Notes: a model not told the origin generated them from the letters alone. Shown: positions 1 through 9,437, counted from the stretch's first letter. The stretch: 64,000 nucleotides of DNA from an uncultured Enterobacteriaceae bacterium (GCA_964529315.1 CAZGUU010000001.1:2902-66901); one strand, 5' to 3'. Made by a program: numbers and translations.

Positions 1-1418
1 TCACCAGGGGGGATCAGGTCGGGTGGGGTGTTCTCGGCCGGCGTCGGGGAGGCGCTCGGCGAGGGCGACGGGGAAGGCGAGGTCGTCGGCCATGGCGAGG
101 GCGTCGGCGACGCGGAGGCCGTGGGCGATGGGCTCGGCGTGGGTGGAGCCCCGCCCGGCCCCTCGAGCGCACCCGCGTCGAAGGCCGCGACCCCGTCGCC
201 GTCGCCGTCGCGCGGCCGTGCCGCCAGCCCCGCGAAGTCGGCCTCGAGGAGTGCCGCGGGAACGGCCGCGTACATGCCGCGCGGATCCACGCCGGCGTCG
301 GTCGCCGCGGATCCCTGCGCAAGCGCGAAATCGTCGTCGTCCGTGTCGATTTTGCCGTCCGGCCCACTGTGGTCACCGAGCAGCGCATCGAGCCGATCGC
401 ACGCGGGGCTCGCCGCCACGCCCGGGCCCTCGAGACCCGTCGGCGTCAGGTTGGCGGCGTCCTGCACGTCGAGCATCGTGCCCACCAGCTCGCCGCCCCG
501 ATTGCCGCACAACACGTTGCCCAGCAGGCGCACCCGGCGCGGGTCCGGCGAGCTGCTGCGGCGCCGTCGCACGCCCACCCGGCTCGCCGTTGCCCCGGGC
601 GCCTGGCCGTTGTGGACGATCACGTTGTTCACCAGCTCGGCGACCGAGGCTCGCGCGATCTGCACGCCGCTCCAGGCATTGCGCGCGATCGTGTTGCCGA
701 TCACGTAGTACGAGCCGCCCCGGCCATCGCGGAAGCGGATCCCGTTGCGCCCGTTGGCGTAGATGAGGTTGTTGGCGATCACGGTGTCGGGGTTGCCTCG
801 CCCGACGTCGATCCCGCCGTTGCACTGGCGTGGCCCACCGCGCGCCAGCCGGTTGCGCTCGATGTGGATGCCCCGGCTCTCTGCGCTGCCGCCGCGCAGG
901 CCGATGCCGCGTGCCCCGGCGCCGACGATGCTGAGGCCGCGCAGCGTGAGGTATCGCGAGCGCTCCACCTCCACCGCGAATCCGGACTCGCAGCCGTCGC
1001 GGCTCCCACGCAGGACGACGCTCCCGACGGCGGCCGAGGGATCGGCCTCGATGACGATCCGGTCGGCCTCGCTCGCACCGGCGTGCGCGTTCTTGCGCCG
1101 GATGCGCAGCTGCTCGACGTACTCGCCCGCCTGGATCTCGATCCGCTCCCCCGGACCAACGGCGTCGATCGCCGCCTGGATGGTGGCAAAGCACGGCGTC
1201 TTGCCGCGGCAGGCCGTCGCCGCCTGCGCCTCGACGTGCAGGGTGCCACCCGAGGAGCGCGGCGCACCGGCAGACGGCTCCGTGCTCGCGACGGCGCGCT
1301 GCCGGAAGTCGACCGGCGCACCCTGGGCGAGCAGCGTGAGGACGAGAACGCGCGCCGTGAAGCGCGCCAGCGCCGAGCGCTCCAGCCGCGCCACGCTGGC
1401 CTCGCCCCGGCGCCTCAT
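1..1418 (-). CDS. Secreted right-handed parallel beta-helix repeat protein (NosD/pectin-lyase-like fold) with a Pro/Ser/Thr-rich C-terminal tail; the 3' end runs off the window start
   Basis: Hand translation of the reverse strand, frame checked at 329, 776 and 1418. N-terminal signal-like MRRRGEASVARLERSALARFTARVLVLTLLAQGA. PbH1-type repeats NNLIYANGRNGIRF, IGNTIARNAWSGVQI, LVNNVIVHNGQ. C-terminal PSPSPTASASPTPSPWPTTSPSPSPSPSASPTP. Absent from the ORF track because no stop codon lies inside the window. Confidence 0.55.
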   Translation of the reverse strand, partial: MRRRGEASVARLERSALARFTARVLVLTLLAQGAPVDFRQRAVASTEPSAGAPRSSGGTLHVEAQAATACRGKTPCFATIQAAIDAVGPGERIEIQAGEYVEQLRIRRKNAHAGASEADRIVIEADPSAAVGSVVLRGSRDGCESGFAVEVERSRYLTLRGLSIVGAGARGIGLRGGSAESRGIHIERNRLARGGPRQCNGGIDVGRGNPDTVIANNLIYANGRNGIRFRDGRGGSYYVIGNTIARNAWSGVQIARASVAELVNNVIVHNGQAPGATASRVGVRRRRSSSPDPRRVRLLGNVLCGNRGGELVGTMLDVQDAANLTPTGLEGPGVAASPACDRLDALLGDHSGPDGKIDTDDDDFALAQGSAATDAGVDPRGMYAAVPAALLEADFAGLAARPRDGDGDGVAAFDAGALEGPGGAPPTPSPSPTASASPTPSPWPTTSPSPSPSPSASPTPAENTPPDLIPPG

Positions 1419-1715
1419 GCCCGCCTCGCCCAGCCGCCATCGGCGAATTGCCGGCCGCCGTCGACTCGAGCCATGGCTGGGGATCTGCGGCCTCCGCGGC
1501 CGGAATCGCCCCGCACCGGGCAAGGGGTGGCGCGGGGCTCACCTGGCCGTTGCGGAACGAACCGCCGCTGCGAGGAGGCTCGGCGCATGCTCAAACGTCA
1601 CTCCTGGGGATCTGGCGCGGATCGTGAGCGACGCGCCAGCCGACGCCTCGTGGCATGCGGTGAAGGCACGTGCGAGCCGCAGCAAGGCCCTTAGCCAGGC
1701 GGAGAATGCGCTGTC

Positions 1716-1789
1716 AATGCTCGTTTCTTCACATGTGGCAGACACTCCAGATGTCCGCCCCATGAGCACTCGAATGCTCGCTTCTTCAC
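1716..1789. repeat. 17-bp near-perfect direct repeat AATGCTCG(T/C)TTCTTCAC, two copies 57 bp apart, in the divergent beta-helix/glmS intergenic region
   Basis: Seen directly: 1716-1732 AATGCTCGTTTCTTCAC and 1773-1789 AATGCTCGCTTCTTCAC. Confidence 0.5.
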
Positions 1790-1888
1790 GGCTGCTGGAG
1801 GACCCCGCTAAAGGACCCTGTTGCCGCCGCCGAGTGTCACGGGGTAGCTTGGCTCCAGCGATGCGATCCAGGAGGTGAGCTCTCAGCC

Positions 1889-3718
1889 ATGTGCGGCATC
1901 ATGGGATACATCGGCGAGCAGGAGGCGAGCCAGATCCTGGTGGGCGGCCTGCGCCGCCTGGAGTACCGCGGCTACGACTCCGCAGGCCTGGCGACCTTGA
2001 TCCATGGCCACATCGACGTCCGCCGCTGCGTCGGCAAGCTCGACAACCTGGACCGGCTGCTGCGCGAATCGCCGCTGAGCGGCACGATCGGCCTCGGGCA
2101 CACGCGCTGGGCCACGCACGGCCGACCCTCGGAGGAGAACGCTCACCCGCACCGCGCCGGCAAGGTCGTGGTCATCCACAACGGGATCATCGAGAACTAC
2201 CTCGAGCTCAAGGCCGAGCTCGAGGCACGCGGGCGAAGGTTCACCTCGGAGACCGACACCGAGGTGATCTCGCAGCTCATCGACGAGCATCTCTGCCAGG
2301 GGCTGGATCTGCTCGGCGCCAGCCGGGCGGCCGTGAAGCGGCTGCACGGCTCGTTCTCGATCGTCGTACTCTGCGAGGACGACAAGTCGCGGCTGCTCGC
2401 CGCCAAGACCGCGACGCCGATCGTCATCGGCCTGGGCCAGGGCGAGAACTTCGTCGCCTCCGACGTTCCGGCGATCCTCGACCACACGCGAGAGGTGCTC
2501 TTCCTCGAGGACGGCGAGATGGCCGAGGTCACCCGTAGCGGGGTGACGCTGACGACGTTCGACGGCGAACCCGTCGAGCGCAAGCCCAAGCACATCAGCT
2601 GGGACCCGATCACCGCACAGAAGGGCGGCTACAAGCACTTCCTGCTCAAGGAGATCCACGAGCAGCCCCAGGCGATGATCGACACCATGCTGGGGCGCAT
2701 CCGCCAGGAGGAAGGCGACGTCGTCCTACCCGAGCTCGAGCCGCTGCGCGCCACCTGGCCGGGAATCCAGCGCATCTACCTGACCGCGTGCGGCACGGCC
2801 TGGCACTCCTGCTTGGTGGGCAAGTTCCTCCTCGAGGAGATGGCGCGCATCCCCGTCGAGGTGGACTACGCGAGCGAGCTACGCTACCGCCAGCCGCTGC
2901 TCGGGCCCGACACGCTGCTCGTCGCCGTCTCCCAGTCGGGCGAGACCGCCGACACGCTGGCGGCGGTCGAGGAGGCCCGCGCCTGCGGGGCCAAGGTGCT
3001 CTCGATCTGCAACGTGGTCGACGCCTCGATCCCGCGGCGCGCCGACTGCGTGCTCTACACGCACGCGGGCCCCGAGATCTCGGTCGCCAGCACCAAGGCC
3101 TTCACCACGCAGCTCACCGCCTTCTACCTGCTCGCCATCCACCTCGGCCGCATGCTCGGCCGGCTCGGCGAGGAGCGCGGGCGCGCGCTGGTCGCCGACC
3201 TGGTCAACTTGCCGAGTCTGGTCCAGGAGACCCTCGGGCGCGACAAGCAGCTCGAGAAGATCTCGAAGAAGTACGGCCACGCGACCGACTTCCTCTACCT
3301 CGGGCGCGGCATCAACTACCCGATCGCGCTCGAGGGGGCGCTCAAGCTCAAGGAGCTCTCCTACATCCACGCCGAGGGTTACCCCGCCGGCGAGATGAAG
3401 CACGGCCCGATCGCCTTGATCGACCAGCAGCTCCCGGTGGTCGTCCTGCTGCCGCGCGACCCGATGTACCCCAAGACGCTCTCCAACCTGAAAGAGGTCG
3501 AGGCGCGCGGCGGGCGGATCATCGCGGTCACGGACTCCCCCTCGCCCGAGCTCGAGGAGATCGCCTGGGAGACCATCGTCGTGCCACGGGTGACGCACGA
3601 GCTCGCGCCGATCCTGCTGTCGATTCCGCTGCAGCTCCTGGCCTACCACATCGCCGTCTACCGCGGCTCGGACGTCGACCAGCCGCGAAACCTCGCCAAG
3701 AGCGTGACGGTCGAGTAG
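1889..3718 (+). CDS. glmS: Glutamine--fructose-6-phosphate aminotransferase
   Basis: 609 aa. N-terminal MCGIMGYIG (class II amidotransferase Cys1). Two SIS domains and the C-terminal KSVTVE. Confidence 0.95.
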   Translation: MCGIMGYIGEQEASQILVGGLRRLEYRGYDSAGLATLIHGHIDVRRCVGKLDNLDRLLRESPLSGTIGLGHTRWATHGRPSEENAHPHRAGKVVVIHNGIIENYLELKAELEARGRRFTSETDTEVISQLIDEHLCQGLDLLGASRAAVKRLHGSFSIVVLCEDDKSRLLAAKTATPIVIGLGQGENFVASDVPAILDHTREVLFLEDGEMAEVTRSGVTLTTFDGEPVERKPKHISWDPITAQKGGYKHFLLKEIHEQPQAMIDTMLGRIRQEEGDVVLPELEPLRATWPGIQRIYLTACGTAWHSCLVGKFLLEEMARIPVEVDYASELRYRQPLLGPDTLLVAVSQSGETADTLAAVEEARACGAKVLSICNVVDASIPRRADCVLYTHAGPEISVASTKAFTTQLTAFYLLAIHLGRMLGRLGEERGRALVADLVNLPSLVQETLGRDKQLEKISKKYGHATDFLYLGRGINYPIALEGALKLKELSYIHAEGYPAGEMKHGPIALIDQQLPVVVLLPRDPMYPKTLSNLKEVEARGGRIIAVTDSPSPELEEIAWETIVVPRVTHELAPILLSIPLQLLAYHIAVYRGSDVDQPRNLAKSVTVE

Positions 3719-3832
3719 CGGGCGTGGGCATCGCCCCCGGCGCGTGCGCCGCGCCAGGGCAACGGCGCAGGGGAGGCTGGCTGCGCTCGGCCGGGGAGCG
3801 AGATCTGCGAGGCTCCCCAGGGCACGGCTTGC

Positions 3833-5158
3833 GTGGCTTCGCCGCCGAGCGTTAAGTCGAAAGCCGTGTTCGGCTCGTTGCCCGAGTCCCAGATCGATCA
3901 GCCGGCTCGCCGCCGCTCCGTAGCGACCATCGAGGAGGCGATCGCCGACTACCGCGCCGGTCGCATGGTCATCGTCATGGACGACGAAGACCGTGAGAAC
4001 GAAGGCGACCTGTGCATGGCAGCCGAGAAGATCACCGCGGAGGCGATCAACTTCATGGCCACCGAGGGCCGGGGTCTGATCTGCCTGCCTCTCTCGGCCA
4101 CGAAGCTCAGCGAGCTCGGCCTGCCGATGATGGTTTCGGAGAACAATGCGCCGCTCGGCACGGCCTTCACCGTGTCGATCGACGCCCGTCGGGGGATCGG
4201 CGCCGGCATCTCGGCGAGCGACCGGGCGCGCACCATCCTGACCGCCGTGGCCGACGGCGCCACACCCAGCGACATCAAGACCCCTGGCCACGTCTTTCCG
4301 CTGCGCGCCCGCGACGGAGGCGTCCTGGTGCGCACCGGGCAGACCGAAGCGGCCGTCGACCTCGCCCGCCTGGCGGGCCTCAAGCCGGCCGGCGTGATCT
4401 GCGAGATCATGAAGAGCGACGGGACCATGGCCCGGCTGCCCGACCTCAAGCGCTTCGCCCAGCGGTTCGGCTTGAAGCTCGTCACCATCGCCGACCTGAT
4501 CCAGTACCGGCTGCGGCACGACTCCCTGGTGCACCGGGTGGCCGAGGCGCGCATCGCGACGCGCTACGGAGGCGAGTTCCGCGCCTGCGTCTACCGCAGC
4601 GACGTCGACGGTGGCGAGCACCTGGCGCTGGTCAAGGGCGAGATTCGCCACGATGTCCCGACGCTCGTGCGGGCGCACGCCGAGTACCTGCCGGGGGACG
4701 TCTTCGCGTACGCCGAGCGGAACACGGGCGAGCTCCTGCACCGCGCGATGCAGATCATCGCCGACGAGGGACGGGGCATCGTTCTCTACTTGAAGCGCGA
4801 GCACGGCTCGGAGATGTTCGCGCCGCGTGGCGAATCCACGCAGCCAGGCCGCGACGACACCGACGCGAGCAAGCCGAGCACCATGTCCTCGGCGAGGCTC
4901 AAGGAGTTTCGCGAGTACGGCATCGGCGCGCAGATCCTGCGCGACCTCGGCGCGGGAAAGATTCGCCTGATCAGCAACTACCGCCGCCGGCTGGTGAGCC
5001 TGCCGGGATACGGCCTGGAGATCGTCGAGACCGTGCCGCTCGACGTCGATGCGTCCCCGGCAGCGCAGATGGCGGTCGACTCCGGCAAGCCTCGGCGCGC
5101 GAGATCCGCCCGGTCGAACACTCCCCGGCGCACCCCGCTCGCGAGCCGCCAGCGCTGA
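3833..5158 (+). CDS. ribBA: Bifunctional RibB (3,4-dihydroxy-2-butanone-4-phosphate synthase) fused to a RibA-like GTP cyclohydrolase II domain that looks degenerate
   Basis: RibB motifs RENEGDL and ICEIMKSDG in the first half. The second half aligns by eye to RibA (ADEGRGIVLYLKRE vs AEEGRGILLYHRQE), but the zinc-ligand cysteines appear replaced (HAEYLPGD..AYAERNTG vs HSECLTGE..SLRCDCG). Confidence 0.8.
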   Translation: MASPPSVKSKAVFGSLPESQIDQPARRRSVATIEEAIADYRAGRMVIVMDDEDRENEGDLCMAAEKITAEAINFMATEGRGLICLPLSATKLSELGLPMMVSENNAPLGTAFTVSIDARRGIGAGISASDRARTILTAVADGATPSDIKTPGHVFPLRARDGGVLVRTGQTEAAVDLARLAGLKPAGVICEIMKSDGTMARLPDLKRFAQRFGLKLVTIADLIQYRLRHDSLVHRVAEARIATRYGGEFRACVYRSDVDGGEHLALVKGEIRHDVPTLVRAHAEYLPGDVFAYAERNTGELLHRAMQIIADEGRGIVLYLKREHGSEMFAPRGESTQPGRDDTDASKPSTMSSARLKEFREYGIGAQILRDLGAGKIRLISNYRRRLVSLPGYGLEIVETVPLDVDASPAAQMAVDSGKPRRARSARSNTPRRTPLASRQR

Positions 5159-5217
5159 GAGCCCCGGGCGAGCCCCCGGGCGCCGCCGCACGAGCTGTGG
5201 TAGGGTCATAGGGCGCG

Positions 5218-7311
5218 ATGCACCGGCGGAGCTCGTCCAACGAAAGCGGCCGACCCGGCCGTCCGGCGATCACGGGCAGATCCCCATCGACCGGCCGGCG
5301 GGGTATCCACCCGCGGGCTGCCGCTGCCCGCACGGCGGCCCGCCCACGGGACTCGACGGCGGCCCGCGGCCCGGCGCTGGTCGTCTGGGCTGCCTTGGCT
5401 GGCCTGCTGCTCTGCTGCAAGGGAGGTGCTGCGGCTGCGGGCGTCGTCCATCTCGGCGGCTCGATCGACCGCGCGGCCGACGGCCGGCTCATGGCATCGG
5501 CCCACGTGACGATCGCGCCCGGCTATCACATCAATGCGCACCGCCCCGCGGCCGACCACCTGATCCCCACCGAGCTGACGCTGACCGCGCCCGGAGCGCG
5601 ATTTGCGCCGCCCGTCTACCCGGAGCCGATCGCACGAGAGTTCGCCTTCAGCCCCGGCGAGAAGCTCCTGGTCTACGACGGACGCATCGAGATCCGAGCG
5701 CCGGTCGAGGAGCCGCCTGCGGGGCCGGTTCTGGCAAAGCTCCGCTTCCAGGCCTGTGACGAGGAGCGCTGCTTGCCACCGGCCACCGTCGAGGCGACCT
5801 TTGGGCGGGCCGACGCTGCCGCCCCGCCCGGCGATGCCGCGGGGGGAGCGAGCGCGGGGAGCCAGGGCTCCTCCTGGCTCACCCGCTGGCTCGAGCAGGC
5901 GAGCCTTCCCGCGGCCATCGCGATGAGCTTGGTGCTCGGCCTGACGCTGAACCTCACGCCGTGCGTCTACCCGCTGATCTCCGTCACGGTGGCGTACTTC
6001 GGCAGCCAGGCGCGGCCGGGGGAGCGGCCGTGGCGCCACGCCGTCGCCTATGTGCTGGGCATCACGGCGAGCTTTGCGGTGCTGGGCTCGAGCGCGGCAC
6101 TGTTCGGCGGCCTGATCGGCGCGCCGTTGCAGCATCCGGCGGTGCCGATCGCCGTGGCGGCGCTGCTCTTGGCGCTGGCCGGCTCGAGCTTCGGGCTCTT
6201 CGAGCTGCGCCCACCAGCCGCGCTCCTGCAGCGCTTGGGCGGCGCCTCGGTCGGCATCGGCGGCGCCCTGCTCATGGGGTTGACGATGGGTGTGGTCGCC
6301 GCGCCCTGCATCGGACCGGTGATCGTCGGTCTGCTGGTCTTCGTCGGTGCCAAGCGCGACCTGGCCCTCGGGCTTCTCCTGTTTCTTTCGCTCGGCCTGG
6401 GCATGGGGCTACCCTACCTGCTCCTGGCTTCGGCCGCGGGCTCCATCCGACGCCTGCCCCGTTCCGGTGAGTGGCTGCGCTGGGTGAATCGCCTGTTCGG
6501 CGTGATCCTCGTCGGCATGGCGCTCTACTTCCTGGCGCCGCTTCTCGGCCCACTCGCGCTGCGCGTCCTGGTGCCGGCGTACCTAGCCCTGGCCGGTCTC
6601 TACCTCGGCTTCCTCGAGCCCTCGGGCCGCGGGCTCAAGCGCTTCTCGGCTGCACGCCACATGCTGGGCCTCGGGCTGGTGGCCGCCGCCGGCTGGATCG
6701 CCTTGGTGGGTACCGAGCCCTCGGCCCAGGCGCGCGACCGGATCCGTTGGGAGCCGCTCTCCGTCGACTCCCTGGACCGGGCAATCGCCGCCCGGCGTCC
6801 GGCGATCGTCGAGTTCGCGGCCGATTGGTGCATGCCCTGCGTGGCCATGGCCCGGACCACGTTCGTCGATCCCGACGTGACGCGCGAAGCGGCGCGATTC
6901 GCCATGCTGCAGGCAGACGTGACCGAGAGCACACCGGCCAGCGAGGCGCTGCTCTCGCAGTTCCAGATCCTCGGCGTGCCGACGATCCTGTTCTACGGGC
7001 CTGCGGGAGAAGAGGTGGATCGGGTCGTGGGCTTCGTCGACGCCGAGCGCTTCTTGGGCATCATGCGCCGGGTGGCCGGAGGCGACGCAGAGCCACCCGC
7101 GAACGACCAGACCGAGCGCGCCGCAGGCGACCCCTCGCTATCCGGATTCGGGGAAGAGCGTCGGCAGGTAGTAGCCGCCGAAGGGGACGTACTCGCCACG
7201 AACCATGTAGGTGCACAGCGAGTGGATCTCGAGCCCGGCCGCAAGCAGATGCTCGACCAGGTCGGAGCACCTGGCCGGCACGAGGAGGCGCACGTCGGCT
7301 CTCGCCGGTAG
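5218..7311 (+). CDS. dsbD: Thiol:disulfide interchange protein DsbD-like: periplasmic alpha domain, CcdA-like transmembrane core, C-terminal thioredoxin domain
   Basis: Alpha-domain cysteine pair ACDEERCLPP. Transmembrane core with TPCVYP and AAPCIGP. Thioredoxin motif ADWCMPC. The Arg-rich first 50 aa and the last 70 aa past the thioredoxin domain may be read-through, so the start is uncertain. The 3' end overlaps the convergent GNAT gene. Confidence 0.75.
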   Translation: MHRRSSSNESGRPGRPAITGRSPSTGRRGIHPRAAAARTAARPRDSTAARGPALVVWAALAGLLLCCKGGAAAAGVVHLGGSIDRAADGRLMASAHVTIAPGYHINAHRPAADHLIPTELTLTAPGARFAPPVYPEPIAREFAFSPGEKLLVYDGRIEIRAPVEEPPAGPVLAKLRFQACDEERCLPPATVEATFGRADAAAPPGDAAGGASAGSQGSSWLTRWLEQASLPAAIAMSLVLGLTLNLTPCVYPLISVTVAYFGSQARPGERPWRHAVAYVLGITASFAVLGSSAALFGGLIGAPLQHPAVPIAVAALLLALAGSSFGLFELRPPAALLQRLGGASVGIGGALLMGLTMGVVAAPCIGPVIVGLLVFVGAKRDLALGLLLFLSLGLGMGLPYLLLASAAGSIRRLPRSGEWLRWVNRLFGVILVGMALYFLAPLLGPLALRVLVPAYLALAGLYLGFLEPSGRGLKRFSAARHMLGLGLVAAAGWIALVGTEPSAQARDRIRWEPLSVDSLDRAIAARRPAIVEFAADWCMPCVAMARTTFVDPDVTREAARFAMLQADVTESTPASEALLSQFQILGVPTILFYGPAGEEVDRVVGFVDAERFLGIMRRVAGGDAEPPANDQTERAAGDPSLSGFGEERRQVVAAEGDVLATNHVGAQRVDLEPGRKQMLDQVGAPGRHEEAHVGSRR

Positions 7312-8046
7312 GTCGGCGACGGCCGCCGCAAGCAAGGCGAGCTGCGCCTCGAGCGCTTGCGCGACCGCCGGCCCGAGCACGGCGATCCCGCCGCGCACCA
7401 TGCGAGCCAGGCTCGCTCGAATCCCGTCGCGATCGACGACGTAGAGATCTCCCAGGCCGGCGAGGAGCTCGTAGTCGCGCGGCCGGTGGATGCCGAGCAG
7501 GCGGCGCTCGAGGTCGACGATTCCCGGGATGTCGTCTGCGGATGCCGTCCGGACCTCGCTGCACGGCGCAGGCGACACCATGCGACGCGGCCTCACGCTC
7601 CCGCGCAGCAGCGTCTCGCGTGCGACGAAGCCGGCTCGCGCGTAGACCCCGAACGAGGTCTCGTTGAACGCGTCCTGGATCAGCCGCAACGAGCGGACCC
7701 CAGCCGCATCGGCCAACCGGCACAGTTCGCGCATCAGCGCACGGCCGGCGCCCCGGCCCTGTCGAGCAGGCTCCACGGTGATCGGCCCCACCCCGGCCGT
7801 GGGTCCCCGTACGTGGAGGAAGCCGCTGCCCACGACCTTGCCGGCGAGGGCCACCACGAGGCAGTGGCTCGGGTCGAGCGTCAGGTAGCTCGCCGCAATC
7901 GACCTGCCCATGTCGGCGTCGCCGACCACGAGCCCGTAGCCGCGCCGCCGGTAGAGGTCGTTGAATGCTTCCTGAAAGATCTCGCCGACCCGGCGGACGT
8001 CGCGCTCCACCATGGGCCGGATTGCGAGGTCAGCCGCCGTGGCCAT
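7138..8046 (-). CDS. GNAT-family N-acetyltransferase with two GNAT-like halves
   Basis: Start trimmed to MATAADLAIRPMVERD (M66 of the 367-aa ORF). Acetyl-CoA-binding-like RQGRGAGRALM. The second half folds like a second GNAT lobe. Confidence 0.6.
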   Translation of the reverse strand: MATAADLAIRPMVERDVRRVGEIFQEAFNDLYRRRGYGLVVGDADMGRSIAASYLTLDPSHCLVVALAGKVVGSGFLHVRGPTAGVGPITVEPARQGRGAGRALMRELCRLADAAGVRSLRLIQDAFNETSFGVYARAGFVARETLLRGSVRPRRMVSPAPCSEVRTASADDIPGIVDLERRLLGIHRPRDYELLAGLGDLYVVDRDGIRASLARMVRGGIAVLGPAVAQALEAQLALLAAAVADLPARADVRLLVPARCSDLVEHLLAAGLEIHSLCTYMVRGEYVPFGGYYLPTLFPESG

Positions 8047-8198
8047 CGGCCTCGTCCGGTTGCACATCCGTACGTCGCCAGGGCAACACCTGCGCCGTAT
8101 ATCATCCTCGCGATTTGCGGGCTGCCCGGCCGGCCTTCGCCGGGCCTGCGAAGGCGCCAGGGTTGCTCGGGCCAACTTCGCATGCGTACCTCTCGGGG

Positions 8199-9194
8199 AT
8201 GAAGGCGGCCGTTCTCGGCGCAGGCTCGTGGGGCACGGCACTGGCCATCCAGCTCGCTCGCGCCGGCCACGCCGTCACCCTCTGGGCACGCAGCTCGGGA
8301 CACGTCCGCCAGATGTGCGAGGCGCGCGAGAACCAACGCTACCTGCCCGGGTTCCTGCTCCCCGCGCCGATCGCGCCGACCGACGACCTGGAGCGCGCCG
8401 TGCGCGCCGGAGCCGAGATCCTGGTGTGCGCGGTGCCGTCGCACGCGGTTCGCGAAACCATGGCTGCAGCGGCACCCTTCGCCGCACCCGAAGTGGTGAT
8501 CGTGAGCGCGACCAAGGGCATCGAGGAAGGTACCTCGAGCCGCATGAGCGAGGTGATCGGGCAAGTGGCCGCGTGCGCGGAACGCGTCGCGGTGCTCTCC
8601 GGGCCGAGCTTCGCCAAGGAGGTGGCGGCCGAGATGCCCACGGCGGTGACGGTCGCCGCCCGCGACCCGAGAGTCGCGAACTTCGTCCAGCACCGCTTTG
8701 CCTCACCGATGTTCCGCGTCTACGCCTCGGGCGACGTGATCGGGGCGGAGATCGGCGGCACGGTGAAGAACGTCATCGCGATCGCCGCCGGGGTGAGCGA
8801 CGGCCTCGGCCTCGGTCACAATACCCGGGCCGGCCTGATCACACGCGGCCTTGCGGAGGTGAACCGTTTGGCCGTCGAGCTCGGAGCGGACCCGATCACG
8901 GTGACCGGGCTGGCTGGTCTCGGGGACCTGGTCCTCACATGCACCGGCGAGCTGTCGCGCAACCGCACCGTCGGGTTGCGCCTCGGTCGAGGCGAGACGC
9001 TCTCCGAGATTCTCGCCTCGATGACCCAGGTGGCCGAGGGTGTGCGCAACACGCTCGCCGTCGACGAGCTCGCCCACGCGCAGGGCGTCGAGATGCCGAT
9101 CACGGCGCAGATGCGACGTCTGCTGTTCGAGGGAAAGTCGCCCCGCGAGGCGATGGTCGACCTGATGACGCGACAGCTCAAACAAGAGTTCTAG
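8199..9194 (+). CDS. gpsA: NAD(P)H-dependent glycerol-3-phosphate dehydrogenase
   Basis: Start trimmed to MKAAVLGAGSWGTALA (Rossmann GxGxxG), preceded by GGGG. Typical GpsA length of 331 aa. Confidence 0.9.
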   Translation: MKAAVLGAGSWGTALAIQLARAGHAVTLWARSSGHVRQMCEARENQRYLPGFLLPAPIAPTDDLERAVRAGAEILVCAVPSHAVRETMAAAAPFAAPEVVIVSATKGIEEGTSSRMSEVIGQVAACAERVAVLSGPSFAKEVAAEMPTAVTVAARDPRVANFVQHRFASPMFRVYASGDVIGAEIGGTVKNVIAIAAGVSDGLGLGHNTRAGLITRGLAEVNRLAVELGADPITVTGLAGLGDLVLTCTGELSRNRTVGLRLGRGETLSEILASMTQVAEGVRNTLAVDELAHAQGVEMPITAQMRRLLFEGKSPREAMVDLMTRQLKQEF

Positions 9195-9218
9195 CCAAGA
9201 CTAGAGAGGAAGGGATCG

Positions 9219-9437
9219 ATGGGCAGCAAGGGATCGTGCAAGGCAGAGGCCTGCGAGAAGGACGTCGTCGGCAAGGGGTATTGCCGGCGCCACTACCAGG
9301 CCTGGCGCCGCGGCGAGCTGGCCAAGGCCCGATACAAGACTTGCCGCAAGGTGGGCTGCCGCAAGCGCCAGGTGAAGGCGGCGCGCTGCGAGGAGCACCA
9401 GAAGATCAAGGCACTCGCTCCCGCCGCCCAGGGCTGA
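9219..9437 (+). CDS. Small basic protein (72 aa) with an internal tandem duplication of a C-x4-C-x9-C-x2-H motif, a putative zinc-binding module
   Basis: Strong RBS AGAGAGGAAGGGATCG before the ATG. Near-uniform GC3 codons. Repeat 1 CKAEACEKDVVGKGYCRRH, repeat 2 CRKVGCRKRQVKAARCEEH. Confidence 0.6.
   Translation: MGSKGSCKAEACEKDVVGKGYCRRHYQAWRRGELAKARYKTCRKVGCRKRQVKAARCEEHQKIKALAPAAQG

Noticed and set aside
23-1878. Several long plus-strand ORFs at the window start (for example 369..1694 and 763..1878)
   Set aside because: Arg/Pro/Ala-rich junk. The credible gene is the minus-strand beta-helix protein in the third frame, which has clear PbH1 repeats and a signal peptide.
1419-1888. glmS ribozyme upstream of glmS
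   Set aside because: The glmS ribozyme is restricted mainly to Gram-positive lineages. I saw no matching conserved core here, only the 17-bp direct repeat.
3719-3832. FMN riboswitch upstream of ribBA
   Set aside because: The 114-bp leader is too short. It lacks the conserved RFN-element sequence blocks.
5500-5520. CACGTG core in dsbD (CCCACGTGACG)
   Set aside because: Flanks do not match parS. It is the coding sequence for SAHVTI.
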